The translations under genes and the position numbers were made by a program. 48,653 nucleotides of DNA from Candidatus Hermodarchaeota archaeon (GTDB lineage: Archaea; Asgardarchaeota; Hermodarchaeia; Hermodarchaeales; Hermodarchaeaceae), in the NCBI GenBank assembly GCA_016839365.1, contig JAEOUH010000020.1, positions 1-48,653 of the forward strand, given 5' to 3'. This document shows, piece after piece, positions 1 to 10,732 of the stretch (the first letter of the stretch is position 1; each line of letters begins with the position of its first letter). The notes under the pieces are model-generated. The model ran no database searches and was not told the DNA's origin. It saw only the letters and a list, made by a program, of their open reading frames with translations.

Positions 1-15
1 GCAAAAGAATCAGAT

Positions 16-1056
16 GTGATCATCCTTCTTGTACCACTTCTTGTCTCTGAAACAGGTGAAGAGGATTATTCGATTATTAAAAACGCAGCTGGCGAAGCTG
101 GAAAAGGCTTGGAAAAAGGCGACCTCGTTATAACGTCAACAACTATGCCACCTGGTGCTACTGAAGCTGTTGTTAAACCTGTTCTGGAGGAAGCCAGCGG
201 ATTAATGGCAAGTAAGGATTTCGGGCTCGCTCATAGCCCTGAAAGGCTCATGGTAGGCCGAGTCTTACGAAATCTCTATAAGTTCCCCAAAGTTGTTGGC
301 GGGATTGATGAAGCAAGTACAGAAGCCGCTGCTGGTGTCTATGGCGCCTTTGGTGATGTTATCCAGACTTCATCCCTATTAGCTGCTGAGTTAGTAAAAG
401 TGGCTGAAGGAACCTTTCGTGACATAAACATCGGGTATGCGAACTTTTTAGCCAAACTCTGTGAACCTCTGGGAGTTGATGCGTGGGAAGTCATTGCTGC
501 AGCAAACAAGGACACACGTGAGCATTGTATGATCCATCGTCCAAGTGCCGGTGTCGGAGGCCATTGCATTCCTGTCTATCCGTGGTTTCTTATCAACAAA
601 GCCAAACAACTAGGCGTGGACCCTAACTTACTTCGACAAGCCCGTTACATCAACGATAGTATGCCGTATCATACGGTCGAGTTGATTATTCGATGCCTCA
701 ATGCTCAAAAGAAAGCTGTAAAAGGCTCAACAGTGAGTCTTCTTGGCATTTCTTTCCGGGCAAATGTCAAAGAGACACGTTTTGCCGCAAGCCTTCGAAT
801 TCTTGAGTTACTCCGAGAATATCATCCGAAAGCAATTCTCGCTCATGATCCATATTTTTCGAACCAAGAACTATCCGATTATGGATTCACTCCTTCATCC
901 CTCGAGGAAGCATTCATGGCGGACTGTGTAGTCCTCATCGCTTCGCATACAGAATTTCAGAATGCTAAGGCTAAAATTGCAGCAGTGGGGAATCGGTTAA
1001 TCGACACGACAAATATGCTTCCTCACACGTCGTGGAAAGTCGGTCGTATCCCTTGA
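16..1056 (+). CDS. Nucleotide-sugar dehydrogenase (UDP-ManNAc/UDP-GlcNAc 6-dehydrogenase, WecC/WbpA-like); 5' end lies outside the window
   Basis: STMPPG, HSPERL, AELVK, GVGGHCIP (catalytic Cys) and LGISFR...HDP motifs; the N-terminal GxGxxG is missing because the frame is open to the window edge. Confidence 0.9.
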   Translation: MIILLVPLLVSETGEEDYSIIKNAAGEAGKGLEKGDLVITSTTMPPGATEAVVKPVLEEASGLMASKDFGLAHSPERLMVGRVLRNLYKFPKVVGGIDEASTEAAAGVYGAFGDVIQTSSLLAAELVKVAEGTFRDINIGYANFLAKLCEPLGVDAWEVIAAANKDTREHCMIHRPSAGVGGHCIPVYPWFLINKAKQLGVDPNLLRQARYINDSMPYHTVELIIRCLNAQKKAVKGSTVSLLGISFRANVKETRFAASLRILELLREYHPKAILAHDPYFSNQELSDYGFTPSSLEEAFMADCVVLIASHTEFQNAKAKIAAVGNRLIDTTNMLPHTSWKVGRIP

Positions 1057-1073
1057 CGAAAGGAGGTTACAAA

Positions 1074-2003
1074 GTGAAAATCCTTTTTGATGTCCTTACA
1101 CCAAAACAGGCTAGAATGGCAGCCGCAGTTTGGAAGCGCTTTTCTAGTGAGTATGAACTATTCATAACCTCAAGATTTTATGCTGAAACCAATGATGTTC
1201 TAACATATTATGAAGTCCCTTTTGTCAGCCAGGGGAATTTTCACGAAGAGACAAGGCAAAAACTTTTAGAAAGGACTCGCCGTCAGCAGTTCCTTACTGA
1301 AAACTATTACTCGGTTGATGTAGTAGTTACCCAAGCTTCAATCGCTGCGGTTTCAATGGGAGTGGGTTTAGGAAAACCCGTCATCGTACTGATAGACATT
1401 CCCAAACGAAAGTATCTGAGTCGGCAAATCATCCCAACTGCCACATATCATTTACGGGAAGAGTTGACACGCGGTGCATGGGAATATGAACCTGATGTGG
1501 CTATCTACATGGATGCAACACAAGAGCATTTCTACACAAAGCCTCTCAAACGAAAAAACCCTGATCTTATTGTTTATAGAAACTTCGAATACCAAGCCGC
1601 GTACGCCAAAGATCAGGTGCCTCCTGACATTTCAAAGGAACTCCGAAAAATCTGTTCAGATCATGGTGTTGATCTTTTAGAGCTAGAACGGTACCAAGAG
1701 CATGAGTTTGTGCCTCCTGAACGGCTCTTTGAAAGAGCTCAAGTGGTGATCACTGGTGGCTCATCAATGGCGGTGGAAGCAGCCATTCAACAAATCCCTG
1801 CCATCTCCTTTTATCCTGGATATTTTCCCAAATTCGAATACCTAATGGACTTGGGCTATCCCCTTGCCAGAGTTCATAATATCCAAGACTTACAAGAAGC
1901 AATCGACCGAATAATAAACCAAGAACTGACACACCACCAATTCGAAGATGATCCCTTGGAAAAATTAGCCGAGATATTCAAGGAGATAGCAGACAAACTA
2001 TAA
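1074..2003 (+). CDS. DUF354-family putative GT-B glycosyltransferase
   Basis: N-terminus KILFDVLTPKQ, C-terminal ITGGSSMAVEAA..QIPAIS; GGAGGT RBS before GTG at 1074; follows a nucleotide-sugar dehydrogenase. Confidence 0.75.
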   Translation: MKILFDVLTPKQARMAAAVWKRFSSEYELFITSRFYAETNDVLTYYEVPFVSQGNFHEETRQKLLERTRRQQFLTENYYSVDVVVTQASIAAVSMGVGLGKPVIVLIDIPKRKYLSRQIIPTATYHLREELTRGAWEYEPDVAIYMDATQEHFYTKPLKRKNPDLIVYRNFEYQAAYAKDQVPPDISKELRKICSDHGVDLLELERYQEHEFVPPERLFERAQVVITGGSSMAVEAAIQQIPAISFYPGYFPKFEYLMDLGYPLARVHNIQDLQEAIDRIINQELTHHQFEDDPLEKLAEIFKEIADKL

Positions 2004-2089
2004 GCCGATTGAACACCACTTTTATGCTGATTTCACACAACGTATGCTGTTTACCCCTTTCCGCCTCTCATATTGGAAGGTGATATCTG

Positions 2090-2992
2090 GTGGATGTGAT
2101 TGATAAAGGGATTCTCATCGAACTCGTTAAAAACTGCCGAATTACTTATCGTGAACTAGCCATCAAATTTAACATATCCTCCAGTGCCATTAAGAAACGA
2201 GTCAAAAAACTTGAAGACACTGGAATAATTTCTAGCTACAGCACTCGGCTGTCCTTTGATATGGCAGGAGTTGACCTCCTTTTTGGGATGCTAGCCACTG
2301 ATGGCTCGCAGGATGAAGTTGATTTTGTTAATACATTAGGTGGCAATGATAAGATCATTGCCGCAGCTTCCTATACTGGTGGGCATTATGCCCTTATTGC
2401 GGAATTTCGCGATTCCCAAGATCTTTGGGATATTGGCGCTTTTCTTCGCAGCTTCGATTGTGTCCACAGTATTGAAACCCATCAGATACTAAGACCACCC
2501 GATCACATCATGGAGCTCTCAAAACTGCATCTTCGCGTGATAAAGACGCTTATGGAGGATCCGCGCATGTCCATTGTAGATATCGCGGATCAATCCGCGT
2601 TAACTGCACGGCGGGTTCGAAAACTCCTTAATGAGATCATCGACGGCAAGGCTGTGAGTTTTAGTGCCTTGGTTGAACTTGGGACAGCAGGGAGTATTCC
2701 TTTTTTGATGCGTATGACCTGGGATGAACGTGCAGTGGACCACCGGGCAATTCTTTCATGGTTAGAAGAAACGTTTGCAGTTTCTTTGTGGGAGACTTAC
2801 ATATCCGTGGAAGCTCCCATCATCATCAGTCTTCTCACAGCAGAGAGCCTCACTGAATTGGACAATATCGTCCGAAAGACTCGACGTCATAAGCACATTC
2901 CAACTGTGACCGTGCAAATTGCCAAGCACCACCAATACTTCCCGGGGCTTCGAACTCAACTCTTGCAGCAACTCCTTGAAAACTCTACGTAA
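2090..2992 (+). CDS. Tandem two-module Lrp/AsnC-family transcriptional regulator
   Basis: Two HTH modules: DKGIL..L..NCRITYRELA...RVKKLE..GII and LRVIKTLMEDPRMSIVDIA. Confidence 0.85.
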   Translation: MDVIDKGILIELVKNCRITYRELAIKFNISSSAIKKRVKKLEDTGIISSYSTRLSFDMAGVDLLFGMLATDGSQDEVDFVNTLGGNDKIIAAASYTGGHYALIAEFRDSQDLWDIGAFLRSFDCVHSIETHQILRPPDHIMELSKLHLRVIKTLMEDPRMSIVDIADQSALTARRVRKLLNEIIDGKAVSFSALVELGTAGSIPFLMRMTWDERAVDHRAILSWLEETFAVSLWETYISVEAPIIISLLTAESLTELDNIVRKTRRHKHIPTVTVQIAKHHQYFPGLRTQLLQQLLENST

Positions 2993-3018
2993 TCTCAGCG
3001 AGGCCAATCCCCCCCTAC

Positions 3019-3846
3019 TTATTCACTTGGAATGTCTCTCCTTCGATAGACTCGCTTTTTATACCGGTACTCGTTGATTGTTAGCAAATCCATGACCTTC
3101 AGGGGCTCTCTTTTCACAAGATTACGGCAGGCTCGATAGGCTATCCAATAGGAATTCTTATTGCCACTGCTCACCAATTCCTCAACGAGAGTATACACTA
3201 GGTCAGGAATCCGACGGGCTAAATCGCTAAGGTTATTCCCTACTGAAGTTCGAGGATAAGGTTCGGACTCCTTGAACAGATGTCTGAGGATTGACACTGA
3301 ATATTCAGGGTTCGAGTAGATCCATTGATTTTCTTGGACAGGACGGAGCGTTTCAGCAACGAATCGTCGTAAATTCGCTTCCCCCGATTTTACCGAGGTT
3401 AATAAAAATGGTCTTACCTCATGAGGGTACCCTCTGGTAAGTTTCCGAAAGAACATCTGTGCAAATTCACGAATCTCCCATTCAGGCGAAGCCGCTGCTT
3501 CTGCAAAATAAGGTAAAACGACTTGATACTGCGATAATCCATGGTATGAAAGAACTCCCAGGGTTACTCCTTTAGTGCGCCACTCTTCACCTTTCTCAAA
3601 TAATCGACGTGCAATCTCAAATACTGATGCCTTGTGATTTTGTAGTTTAGTGTGTAGGTACTCGCTGAGAATCTTAATGGTATACACTCGTCCATATGAA
3701 ATCCTACGCTTTTCCGGAATATTGCCATATAATTGATCTAGGATCTTGGGAAGAGAGGTAATGGCTGAATCGTAATCATTATGCAGTATAGGTTGTAAAA
3801 CCTGTTGATTAATGCGATTTTCGATGTGTGAATCTATCAGATTCAT
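3019..3846 (-). CDS. HEAT-repeat DNA alkylation repair protein (AlkC/AlkD-like)
   Basis: WEIRE, NLRRFVAETLRP, YPRTSVGNNLSDLAR..PD HEAT-repeat motifs. Confidence 0.7.
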   Translation of the reverse strand: MNLIDSHIENRINQQVLQPILHNDYDSAITSLPKILDQLYGNIPEKRRISYGRVYTIKILSEYLHTKLQNHKASVFEIARRLFEKGEEWRTKGVTLGVLSYHGLSQYQVVLPYFAEAAASPEWEIREFAQMFFRKLTRGYPHEVRPFLLTSVKSGEANLRRFVAETLRPVQENQWIYSNPEYSVSILRHLFKESEPYPRTSVGNNLSDLARRIPDLVYTLVEELVSSGNKNSYWIAYRACRNLVKREPLKVMDLLTINEYRYKKRVYRRRDIPSE

Positions 3847-3965
3847 CGGTAGCGCAAACCTTCAAAAATTTGGTGTTTATAAGCACAAGTTGATGTTTTT
3901 GGTGCTATTATTGCGGAGTTATAAAAAGACGCTTACGCCTCTCGATTTGTGAGGTTAAAGGCTTC

Positions 3966-4892
3966 TTGACTGTAGAATATACAAATAATACAACAGTCAC
4001 CCCAAAGCATTCTGATGTGGCCCGATGCCACGATTGTGGGTCAAACGATATCGTGCATGATCCACAACGTGGTGAACTCATCTGCACAGGATGTGGCGTG
4101 GTTCTCTCTGAATCCATGATTGATCCACGTGCTGGTGTGCGAGCGTTCACACCGGAAGAAAAAGCCGAGCGGAGCACCAATGGTTTACCACTTTCACAAA
4201 TGCTCCCTGACTTTGGCTTATCAACCAAAGTGTCCACCCGTTTAAACGGAAATGGCATTTCTCCGGAAAGAGCCGGGCGACTTGAACGGATTATGCGTTG
4301 GAATTCACGGTCGACTTGGCGACGACGTAACTTTACTATTGCTTTTACAGAGATTCGTCGAATGGCCGAGAAGTTGAGTATCCCTGGGCATATTCGCGAA
4401 ACCGCGGCGATTTATTATCGAAAAGCTTACAAACAGGATCTGCTTCGCGGGCATAGCATCAAGGCCATGGTTGCCGCCTGTGTATTTGCATCCGCGAAAA
4501 CCTGTGGCTTTCCTCTAACCTTGGACAGTATTTTGAAAACGTCAGCAGAAGAGGAAAGGGTCATTAAGCGTTGTTATGTACTCTTAGTAAAAACGCTGAA
4601 TCTTAAGCCCAAAAAACAAAATCTTACCTCAATTGTGCCAAGGTTTGCTAATGCTCTGGGCTTGTCTGCACCCGTTGAGCAACGTGCGATTGAAATCTTA
4701 GGGGTCACTGCTCAAAAACTGCAGTTATCTGGAAAAGATCCGAAAGGCTATGTTGCGGCTGCCATCTATCTAGCAGCCAAACAACTTGGTGAAACCCGGT
4801 CACAACAAGTTGTTGCTACAACACTAGGGATTACTGAGGTCACCTTACGCTCACGACAACGAGAAATTGCAAAAATCATTCATTTTATGTAA
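3966..4892 (+). CDS. tfb: Transcription initiation factor IIB (TFB)
   Basis: Zn ribbon CHDC...ELICTGCG, two cyclin repeats (LLRGHS; SGKDPKG), C-terminal ITEVTLR. Confidence 0.93.
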   Translation: MTVEYTNNTTVTPKHSDVARCHDCGSNDIVHDPQRGELICTGCGVVLSESMIDPRAGVRAFTPEEKAERSTNGLPLSQMLPDFGLSTKVSTRLNGNGISPERAGRLERIMRWNSRSTWRRRNFTIAFTEIRRMAEKLSIPGHIRETAAIYYRKAYKQDLLRGHSIKAMVAACVFASAKTCGFPLTLDSILKTSAEEERVIKRCYVLLVKTLNLKPKKQNLTSIVPRFANALGLSAPVEQRAIEILGVTAQKLQLSGKDPKGYVAAAIYLAAKQLGETRSQQVVATTLGITEVTLRSRQREIAKIIHFM

Positions 4893-5002
4893 TACCTGAC
4901 GATTCACAGCTCGCTTCCATGAACAGCCAGCAAGTCTTAAAACACCCCAAGTTCTTGCAATCCAACAGCCCTATTTAGGAATATTAGCTGTACTTCGACT
5001 CT

Positions 5003-6382
5003 GTGGTGTCCTACGTGTCTCGTCATTCGTTGAACTCCCTATTTATGCCCAAGTCCATTGCAGTGATTGGAGCTACTAATAACCGCAACAGAATTGGGCA
5101 TCAAGTCGTCCGCAGCTTGCTCTTAGGCGGTTTTGACGGTCCTATTTATCCAATTAATCCCAAACTTAAAACACTCCTTAAGCTTCCTGCCTTTCCTTCC
5201 ATTGAGGCTGTAACAGAGGATATTGATCTTGCAATTATCGTTCTAAGAAAAGATCGCGTCTTGGAGGTTATTGATGCCTGTGGACGAAAAGGTGTCAATG
5301 GTATCATTGTGATGACTTCAGGTTTTAGCGAGTTGGGGGATGAAGCCACAGAAGATGAGCTCCAAAAACGTGTCCAGAAGTATGGCATGAGACTGCTCGG
5401 GCCAAACTGTGCAGGATTTGTTGCTACAACCGAACGAATCTATGCAAGCTTTGAAAACCGACTTCAACCCGGACAATTAGCTTTTATTTCCCAAAGCGGA
5501 GCCATGTGTGGGGTCGTGTTGGCTCTAGCTCGATCAGTGGGTCTCGGGTTCAGTATGTTTGTCAGTTACGGAAACGCCACTGATATTGGTCCTGAAGAAG
5601 TGCTTAGCTACCTAGGGGAGCATGCACCTACGAAGTTGATAGGCTGTTACCTTGAGGGCATCAAACACGCCCGAGGGTTCTTATCAGTGGCCCAAACCAT
5701 CACCCAATCCAAACCTGTGGTCGTCCTTAAACCTGGGGAAACACGAGCCGCATCACAAGCCATTCAATCACACACAGGGACCATGGCTGGAGTACAAGCA
5801 TTGTATACTGGGGCCTTTCGACAGGCTGGAATTCTCCAGGCCCACACTTTAGACGAGTTCATTGATGCATGTCTAATCTTGTCAAACCAGACACCACCTA
5901 AGGGTAATCGCGTAGGGATCATAACAAATAGTGGAGGACCTGGGGTTCTTGCTGTCGATGCCTGCGCCCGCTCAAATCTAGCAGTCACACCCTTTCCCAA
6001 AAATTTAGTCCAGGAATTTTCCTCCTTCTTACCACCCGTCTGTCCGATGATGAATCCTGTGGACTTAGGTCCTGAAGGATTGCCTGCCACTTATCAACGA
6101 GTTACCGAAATCCTACTAAAGCATCCTGATGTTGACATGGTGCTTGCTTTATGCGTTCCCACTGTCTTTTCTGATATCAAGGGAATATCCGAAGGAATCG
6201 TGCAAGCAAAGACCATTAATCCAAAGAAACCATTGGTTACTTCTTGGCTAACTGAAGATATCGTGAAGGCAGGACTACCTACTCTTATTGAAGCAGGAAT
6301 CCCGAATTTCCCCACGCCCCAACGGGCTGCGACAGCACTCCGCTTTCTTCACCAACGTGCTGAATGGTTGCGCTCACGATAA
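5003..6382 (+). CDS. acdA: Acetate/acyl-CoA ligase (ADP-forming), alpha subunit
   Basis: PKSIAVIGA, LLGPNCAG, SQSGA, SHTG phospho-His, TNSGGPG, NPVDL. Confidence 0.9.
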   Translation: MVSYVSRHSLNSLFMPKSIAVIGATNNRNRIGHQVVRSLLLGGFDGPIYPINPKLKTLLKLPAFPSIEAVTEDIDLAIIVLRKDRVLEVIDACGRKGVNGIIVMTSGFSELGDEATEDELQKRVQKYGMRLLGPNCAGFVATTERIYASFENRLQPGQLAFISQSGAMCGVVLALARSVGLGFSMFVSYGNATDIGPEEVLSYLGEHAPTKLIGCYLEGIKHARGFLSVAQTITQSKPVVVLKPGETRAASQAIQSHTGTMAGVQALYTGAFRQAGILQAHTLDEFIDACLILSNQTPPKGNRVGIITNSGGPGVLAVDACARSNLAVTPFPKNLVQEFSSFLPPVCPMMNPVDLGPEGLPATYQRVTEILLKHPDVDMVLALCVPTVFSDIKGISEGIVQAKTINPKKPLVTSWLTEDIVKAGLPTLIEAGIPNFPTPQRAATALRFLHQRAEWLRSR

Positions 6383-6459
6383 CCTATTATCCACCGATTC
6401 GCAATGCCCATAAAACTAAAAACCGAAACTGTAGTCGAAGATGACGGAGATTTGCTTCA

Positions 6460-8259
6460 ATGCGCATCGCTGTATTAGACCCTCGAGTTTGTAATCCCGC
6501 CAAGTGCACAAGAGAATGTCAACGATTCTGTCCACCTCAACGTATGGGAGACGAAGTTGTTGTCTTTGAACAAAAGAAAGATGCCCAACCCCGTATTGTT
6601 GAAATCTTATGTAGCGGTTGTGGCATTTGCACACGGAAATGCCCATTCGGTGCACTGCGTATCATCAACCTCGCCGATGAACTAGAAACCGACACCTCTC
6701 ACCGTTATGGCCCCAACAGCTTCAAACTCTTCCGATTACCCATCCCTGCCCCTGGATCTGTGACAGGTCTTGTTGGAGCAAACGGAACGGGCAAATCAAC
6801 AGCATTGCAAATCCTTGCCCTGCAACTCAGGCCCAATCTTGGAAACTTTGAGGAACCACCCGAATGGTCCGAAATCATCCGTCATTACCGCGGCTCAGGC
6901 CTCCAACCCTACTTTGAAAAAGCCTCCCAAGGCGAGCTGACCGTCGCTTATAAACCACAAATTATAACCTCTATTCCTGAGGTCTACAAAGGGTCAATAC
7001 AATCTCTACTTGAAGCCACAGATGAACGCGGTCTCCTCTCGACCCTAACAGACCAATTAGAACTCCAAGGTATCATGCAGCGGGATATTTCGGTGCTCAG
7101 TGGTGGTGAGTTACAACGTGTGGCTATAGCTGCAGTCATGGCCCGAGATGCAGATGTCTATCTCATTGATGAGCCCACATCATATCTTGATGTGTATCAA
7201 AGGGTACGCACCGCCCGAGCTATCCGATCCCTGGCTCTGGAAGGAAAAATGGTAATTAGTGTGGTTCACGATTTAGCCGTGGCAGACTACATCTCTGATT
7301 ATGTCTGTATCTTCTATGGTGAACCAGGTGTCTATGGAATAGTATCAAACCCCCATGGTGTCCGAGAAGGCATCAATATCTATCTTAATGGGTTTTTGCC
7401 AGACAGCAATGTACGGTTTCGAAGTGAGGAGATACGATTCGACACCAGGCCCCCCTCAGAAGAATATTGGACCTCCGTAGAAGTCCTTCTTGAATATGAG
7501 GCAATGATGAAAAAGTTCGATGACTTTACACTCCAAGTGATGCCAGGACAAATCCATCAAGGGGAAGTAATTGGAGTTCTTGGGGCAAATGGCATAGGAA
7601 AGACGACCTTTGTCCGACTCCTAGCCCAGGATTTAGAACCTGATGAAGGTGCCATCCCAGAAACTGATGTTAAGGTCAGTTACAAACCGCAGTATCTCAA
7701 AGCTGAGAGTGATCGCACTGTTATTGAAGCCCTCCAAGAGGCAGGTGGTGCTTCAGTACTAACCAGCCTCTTCAGGTCAGACGTGATTCGCCCCCTATCA
7801 CTTGATAAACTCGAAGACCGCGTGGTTAATGAATTAAGTGGGGGGGAACTTCAACGCCTTGCCATCGCTGTATGCTTGGCACGTTCTGCAGACCTCTATC
7901 TTTTCGATGAGCCCTCTGCCTTTTTGGACATTGAACAACGGCTGGCTGTAGCCAAGGTGATTCGTTCTGCTGTACACGATAAAGGAAAGGCTGCCTTTGT
8001 TGTCGAACATGATATGGTAACTATCTCTGCTTTTGCAGACACTATTTCAGTTTTCACTGGAACCCCGGGGGCAAATGGGCTCTGTCAGGCCCCCGTAGAT
8101 CTCCGTTTAGGTATGAACACCTTTCTCCAGGATATGGGAGTTACATTTCGACGCGATCATGCAACAGGGCGGCCTCGCGTCAACAAAGAAGGCAGTCGCC
8201 TAGATCGTGAACAAAAACAGCGCGGAGAATATTACTACATTAGTACAGAAGGTGAATAG
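6460..8259 (+). CDS. rli: Ribosome recycling ATPase ABCE1/Rli1
   Basis: N-terminal two-FeS Cys cluster, YGPNSFKL, two ABC domains (GANGTGKS, GANGIGKT, LSGGELQR twice), GRPRVNK. Confidence 0.97.
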   Translation: MRIAVLDPRVCNPAKCTRECQRFCPPQRMGDEVVVFEQKKDAQPRIVEILCSGCGICTRKCPFGALRIINLADELETDTSHRYGPNSFKLFRLPIPAPGSVTGLVGANGTGKSTALQILALQLRPNLGNFEEPPEWSEIIRHYRGSGLQPYFEKASQGELTVAYKPQIITSIPEVYKGSIQSLLEATDERGLLSTLTDQLELQGIMQRDISVLSGGELQRVAIAAVMARDADVYLIDEPTSYLDVYQRVRTARAIRSLALEGKMVISVVHDLAVADYISDYVCIFYGEPGVYGIVSNPHGVREGINIYLNGFLPDSNVRFRSEEIRFDTRPPSEEYWTSVEVLLEYEAMMKKFDDFTLQVMPGQIHQGEVIGVLGANGIGKTTFVRLLAQDLEPDEGAIPETDVKVSYKPQYLKAESDRTVIEALQEAGGASVLTSLFRSDVIRPLSLDKLEDRVVNELSGGELQRLAIAVCLARSADLYLFDEPSAFLDIEQRLAVAKVIRSAVHDKGKAAFVVEHDMVTISAFADTISVFTGTPGANGLCQAPVDLRLGMNTFLQDMGVTFRRDHATGRPRVNKEGSRLDREQKQRGEYYYISTEGE

Positions 8260-8273
8260 CCCAGATTATCTCT

Positions 8274-9197
8274 CTACTTCTGTAATGGACCTAAGGGTCC
8301 TCGGTGATTGATTAATACATTAACGACATTTTGATCCTTGGTGATATTCAGGGACCGAGCGACTGGAGCGCATTTTGTTCGAAGTAGGTGCGCAGTCGGG
8401 GTCGGTAAGGTAAACTCTGGAAGAGTTTCATGATGTCCCATCCCCTTGGCGATCACCAAATCAACTTCATTAAATTGATCGAGAAATGTCTTTGAACACC
8501 ACTGAGGAAGAACTCCCACAGCACCTCCACCTGTCGTGATAATATCTGCACATTTAGCCAATCCAGCGACCTCCGCATCCTCTACCATGGCATCGTTCAA
8601 AACTGGTGCCTCTTTAACTGCAACAGTTACCTGGCAACCTAACTCACTGAACGCTTCAATTAGTAATCGATCAAACACCACTTCTCCAGCATTATCAGTT
8701 AAATAGAGCGTCCTCTGTGCCTGTTTCGCCAATTGGTATAGATTCGGGATATGATCGATGGTTAATTCACTCTCAGCCTGGGAAATAAGTAATGGCAGAT
8801 TATCCCAAGGAATTACGTGACCCGCAACACCATATTCAATGATATTGCCAAGAGAAGCAGCGATGCAGGCCCGTCGAAAACGATGTCTAGAATCACTCGG
8901 TTTCTTCACATATTCTTCCAATGGCTCAATGAGTTTCAAAGCTGCTTCATTCGATTTCCGTTTCAAATGAGCATATGGATCAGGACAACCAGTAATCCGT
9001 TGAATTACATGATCACGACGTGAACCAACATACGCAGGAATCTTCTCCAATCTCCCCCCATGCCTAAGTGAAGCATGCAGTATTTCGACGACTTCAGTCA
9101 TCGCGTTTAACTGGACATCCAAATCCTCAGTTGCCAGTTGCACTTCCTGAAACGCCCGTGAAATTAAGCAACTGACACACTGAGACTCCATTTGCAA
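8274..9197 (-). CDS. Damage-control phosphatase, ARMT1/DUF89 family
   Basis: CxxC at N-terminus, DPY, GNIIEYG, YLTDNAGE, VLNDA, AKGMG..E, TKC. Confidence 0.9.
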   Translation of the reverse strand: MQMESQCVSCLISRAFQEVQLATEDLDVQLNAMTEVVEILHASLRHGGRLEKIPAYVGSRRDHVIQRITGCPDPYAHLKRKSNEAALKLIEPLEEYVKKPSDSRHRFRRACIAASLGNIIEYGVAGHVIPWDNLPLLISQAESELTIDHIPNLYQLAKQAQRTLYLTDNAGEVVFDRLLIEAFSELGCQVTVAVKEAPVLNDAMVEDAEVAGLAKCADIITTGGGAVGVLPQWCSKTFLDQFNEVDLVIAKGMGHHETLPEFTLPTPTAHLLRTKCAPVARSLNITKDQNVVNVLINHRGPLGPLQK

Positions 9198-9290
9198 TGG
9201 CGTAGCCTCCAGATATATTGCGTCCTAGCTAGAGAGACCTTTAAGGCTTTTAGATAAGCCAGGATAAGATTGAGAATGAGAAATCCAAAG

Positions 9291-9368
9291 TGGCGGGCCC
9301 TCCGCGATTTGAACGCGGGACCTACAGGTCCGGAACCTGTCGCCCTATCCATACTAGGCCAAGGGCCC
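9291..9368 (-). tRNA. tRNA-Arg(CCG), CCA encoded, no intron
   Basis: Minus strand GGGCCCT...AGGGCCC-G-CCA acceptor stem; anticodon arm ACAGG-TTCCGGA-CCTGT; T loop GTTCAAATC. Confidence 0.95.
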
Positions 9369-9496
9369 CCAAATTGGTCTTTCGAAGGGAATCCATGCTC
9401 ATATATAAATGGCTTGAGGATGCTGGTGACCAAGAAAGGGGCAAAGAGATATAGCTTTAACTACACCGAACAGGATGGTACAGTGGTGTTCCTAGA

Positions 9497-10600
9497 ATGC
9501 GTTTGGACCGGGCTCAACGAATTATGACCCGTGAAGAAATCAATGGTATTCTCCTTTTCAATCCCTTTAATATTCGATATCTCACTGGCTACAAACCCGC
9601 TGGAATATTAGGTCAATCTGCGGCGGTTCTTGTCAGGGATGCGGAGCCCATACTAATTGTTCCCCCAGGAGAATCTGAATTTGCTCAAACGGAATCTTGG
9701 TTTCGCCATGTGACCTCTTACAATTCCCAAACGGGGATATCTGTCTCTTCGACCCTCCTGGATTCAATAAAAAAAGCCTTTGATCTGCACAACCTTCGCT
9801 CAGTCGATGTTGGTGTGGAACTAGACTATGTTTCAGCCCGTCGGTTTGAGGAAATCAAGCGACTTCTACCTGATGCCGGTTTCAAAAATATATCATCATC
9901 GATTACCGAACTACGGATGATTAAAGATGATGTTGAAATTGAGAAACTCAAGACTGCTTTTCAAATTGCTGAAAACGGATTACGTGCCGCCATTGAATTT
10001 GTTCGTCCGGGGATTTCTGAGATCGAGGTAGCTGCTGAAGTAGAACGCACTCTTCGGAAGGCTGGTGCAACACACACTGGGTATCCCACGGTCATCGCCT
10101 CAGGACCCCGTTCGAGGTGTCCATTTGTCCCTGCCAACCGCCGAGAAATTGGGACTGACGAATTCGTAGTCATTTCTGTTTCAGCAGTTAACGATGATTA
10201 CTGTTCGAATTTAACACGCACAGTTCTTACGGGGAAACCTGGGAAGAAACACAAAGCAATCTTCGATTGTGCTCGGGATTCGCTAAATACAGCGAAATCT
10301 CACCTTAATCCTGAAACCCTCGTCCGTGATATTGCCTTGAGCATTCGGCGCATTGCTGATGATCGTGGTTTTCTTCAGCAGTTAGATCCGCAGATGGGAA
10401 GCGGAATTGGCCTGCAACCTATTGAACCGCCCCATATTTCTATTACCGAGGAAATGCCGCTCGCTCCTGGAATGGTCTTCACTATCGAGGTTGGGGTAAA
10501 TTCATCTGAGGTAGGTTCTGTCCGACTCGGGGATACAATCGTTTACCACAAGGAAGATGAATTCAGTATTTTAAATCAAATTCCCCTTGAAACTATCTAG
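9497..10600 (+). CDS. M24B (Xaa-Pro peptidase/creatinase-fold) protein with degenerate metal site
   Basis: Creatinase_N domain (NIRYLTGY), LRMIKDDVEI, RPGISEIEVA; ligand positions read S, N, S, E, G instead of D, D, H, E, E. Confidence 0.85.
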   Translation: MRLDRAQRIMTREEINGILLFNPFNIRYLTGYKPAGILGQSAAVLVRDAEPILIVPPGESEFAQTESWFRHVTSYNSQTGISVSSTLLDSIKKAFDLHNLRSVDVGVELDYVSARRFEEIKRLLPDAGFKNISSSITELRMIKDDVEIEKLKTAFQIAENGLRAAIEFVRPGISEIEVAAEVERTLRKAGATHTGYPTVIASGPRSRCPFVPANRREIGTDEFVVISVSAVNDDYCSNLTRTVLTGKPGKKHKAIFDCARDSLNTAKSHLNPETLVRDIALSIRRIADDRGFLQQLDPQMGSGIGLQPIEPPHISITEEMPLAPGMVFTIEVGVNSSEVGSVRLGDTIVYHKEDEFSILNQIPLETI

Positions 10601-10732
10601 CTTTTTCCCTAATTTTCACTCAATCTCTTTGCAGATGGTGATTATATCAAGAAAAACGTTATAACGAGTTTCCTTAATATTCCTCTTAAGCACTGGGCAT
10701 CATCTATTTCCCGCACTTAAAGGTCGAAACTC

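Noticed and set aside
3966-4892. TFB as an unusual paralog
   Set aside because: Multiple TFB paralogs are common in archaea; nothing distinctive can be shown from this window
9164-9527. Short ORFs at 9164-9433 and 9270-9527 (likewise 11209-11445)
   Set aside because: They overlap tRNA genes
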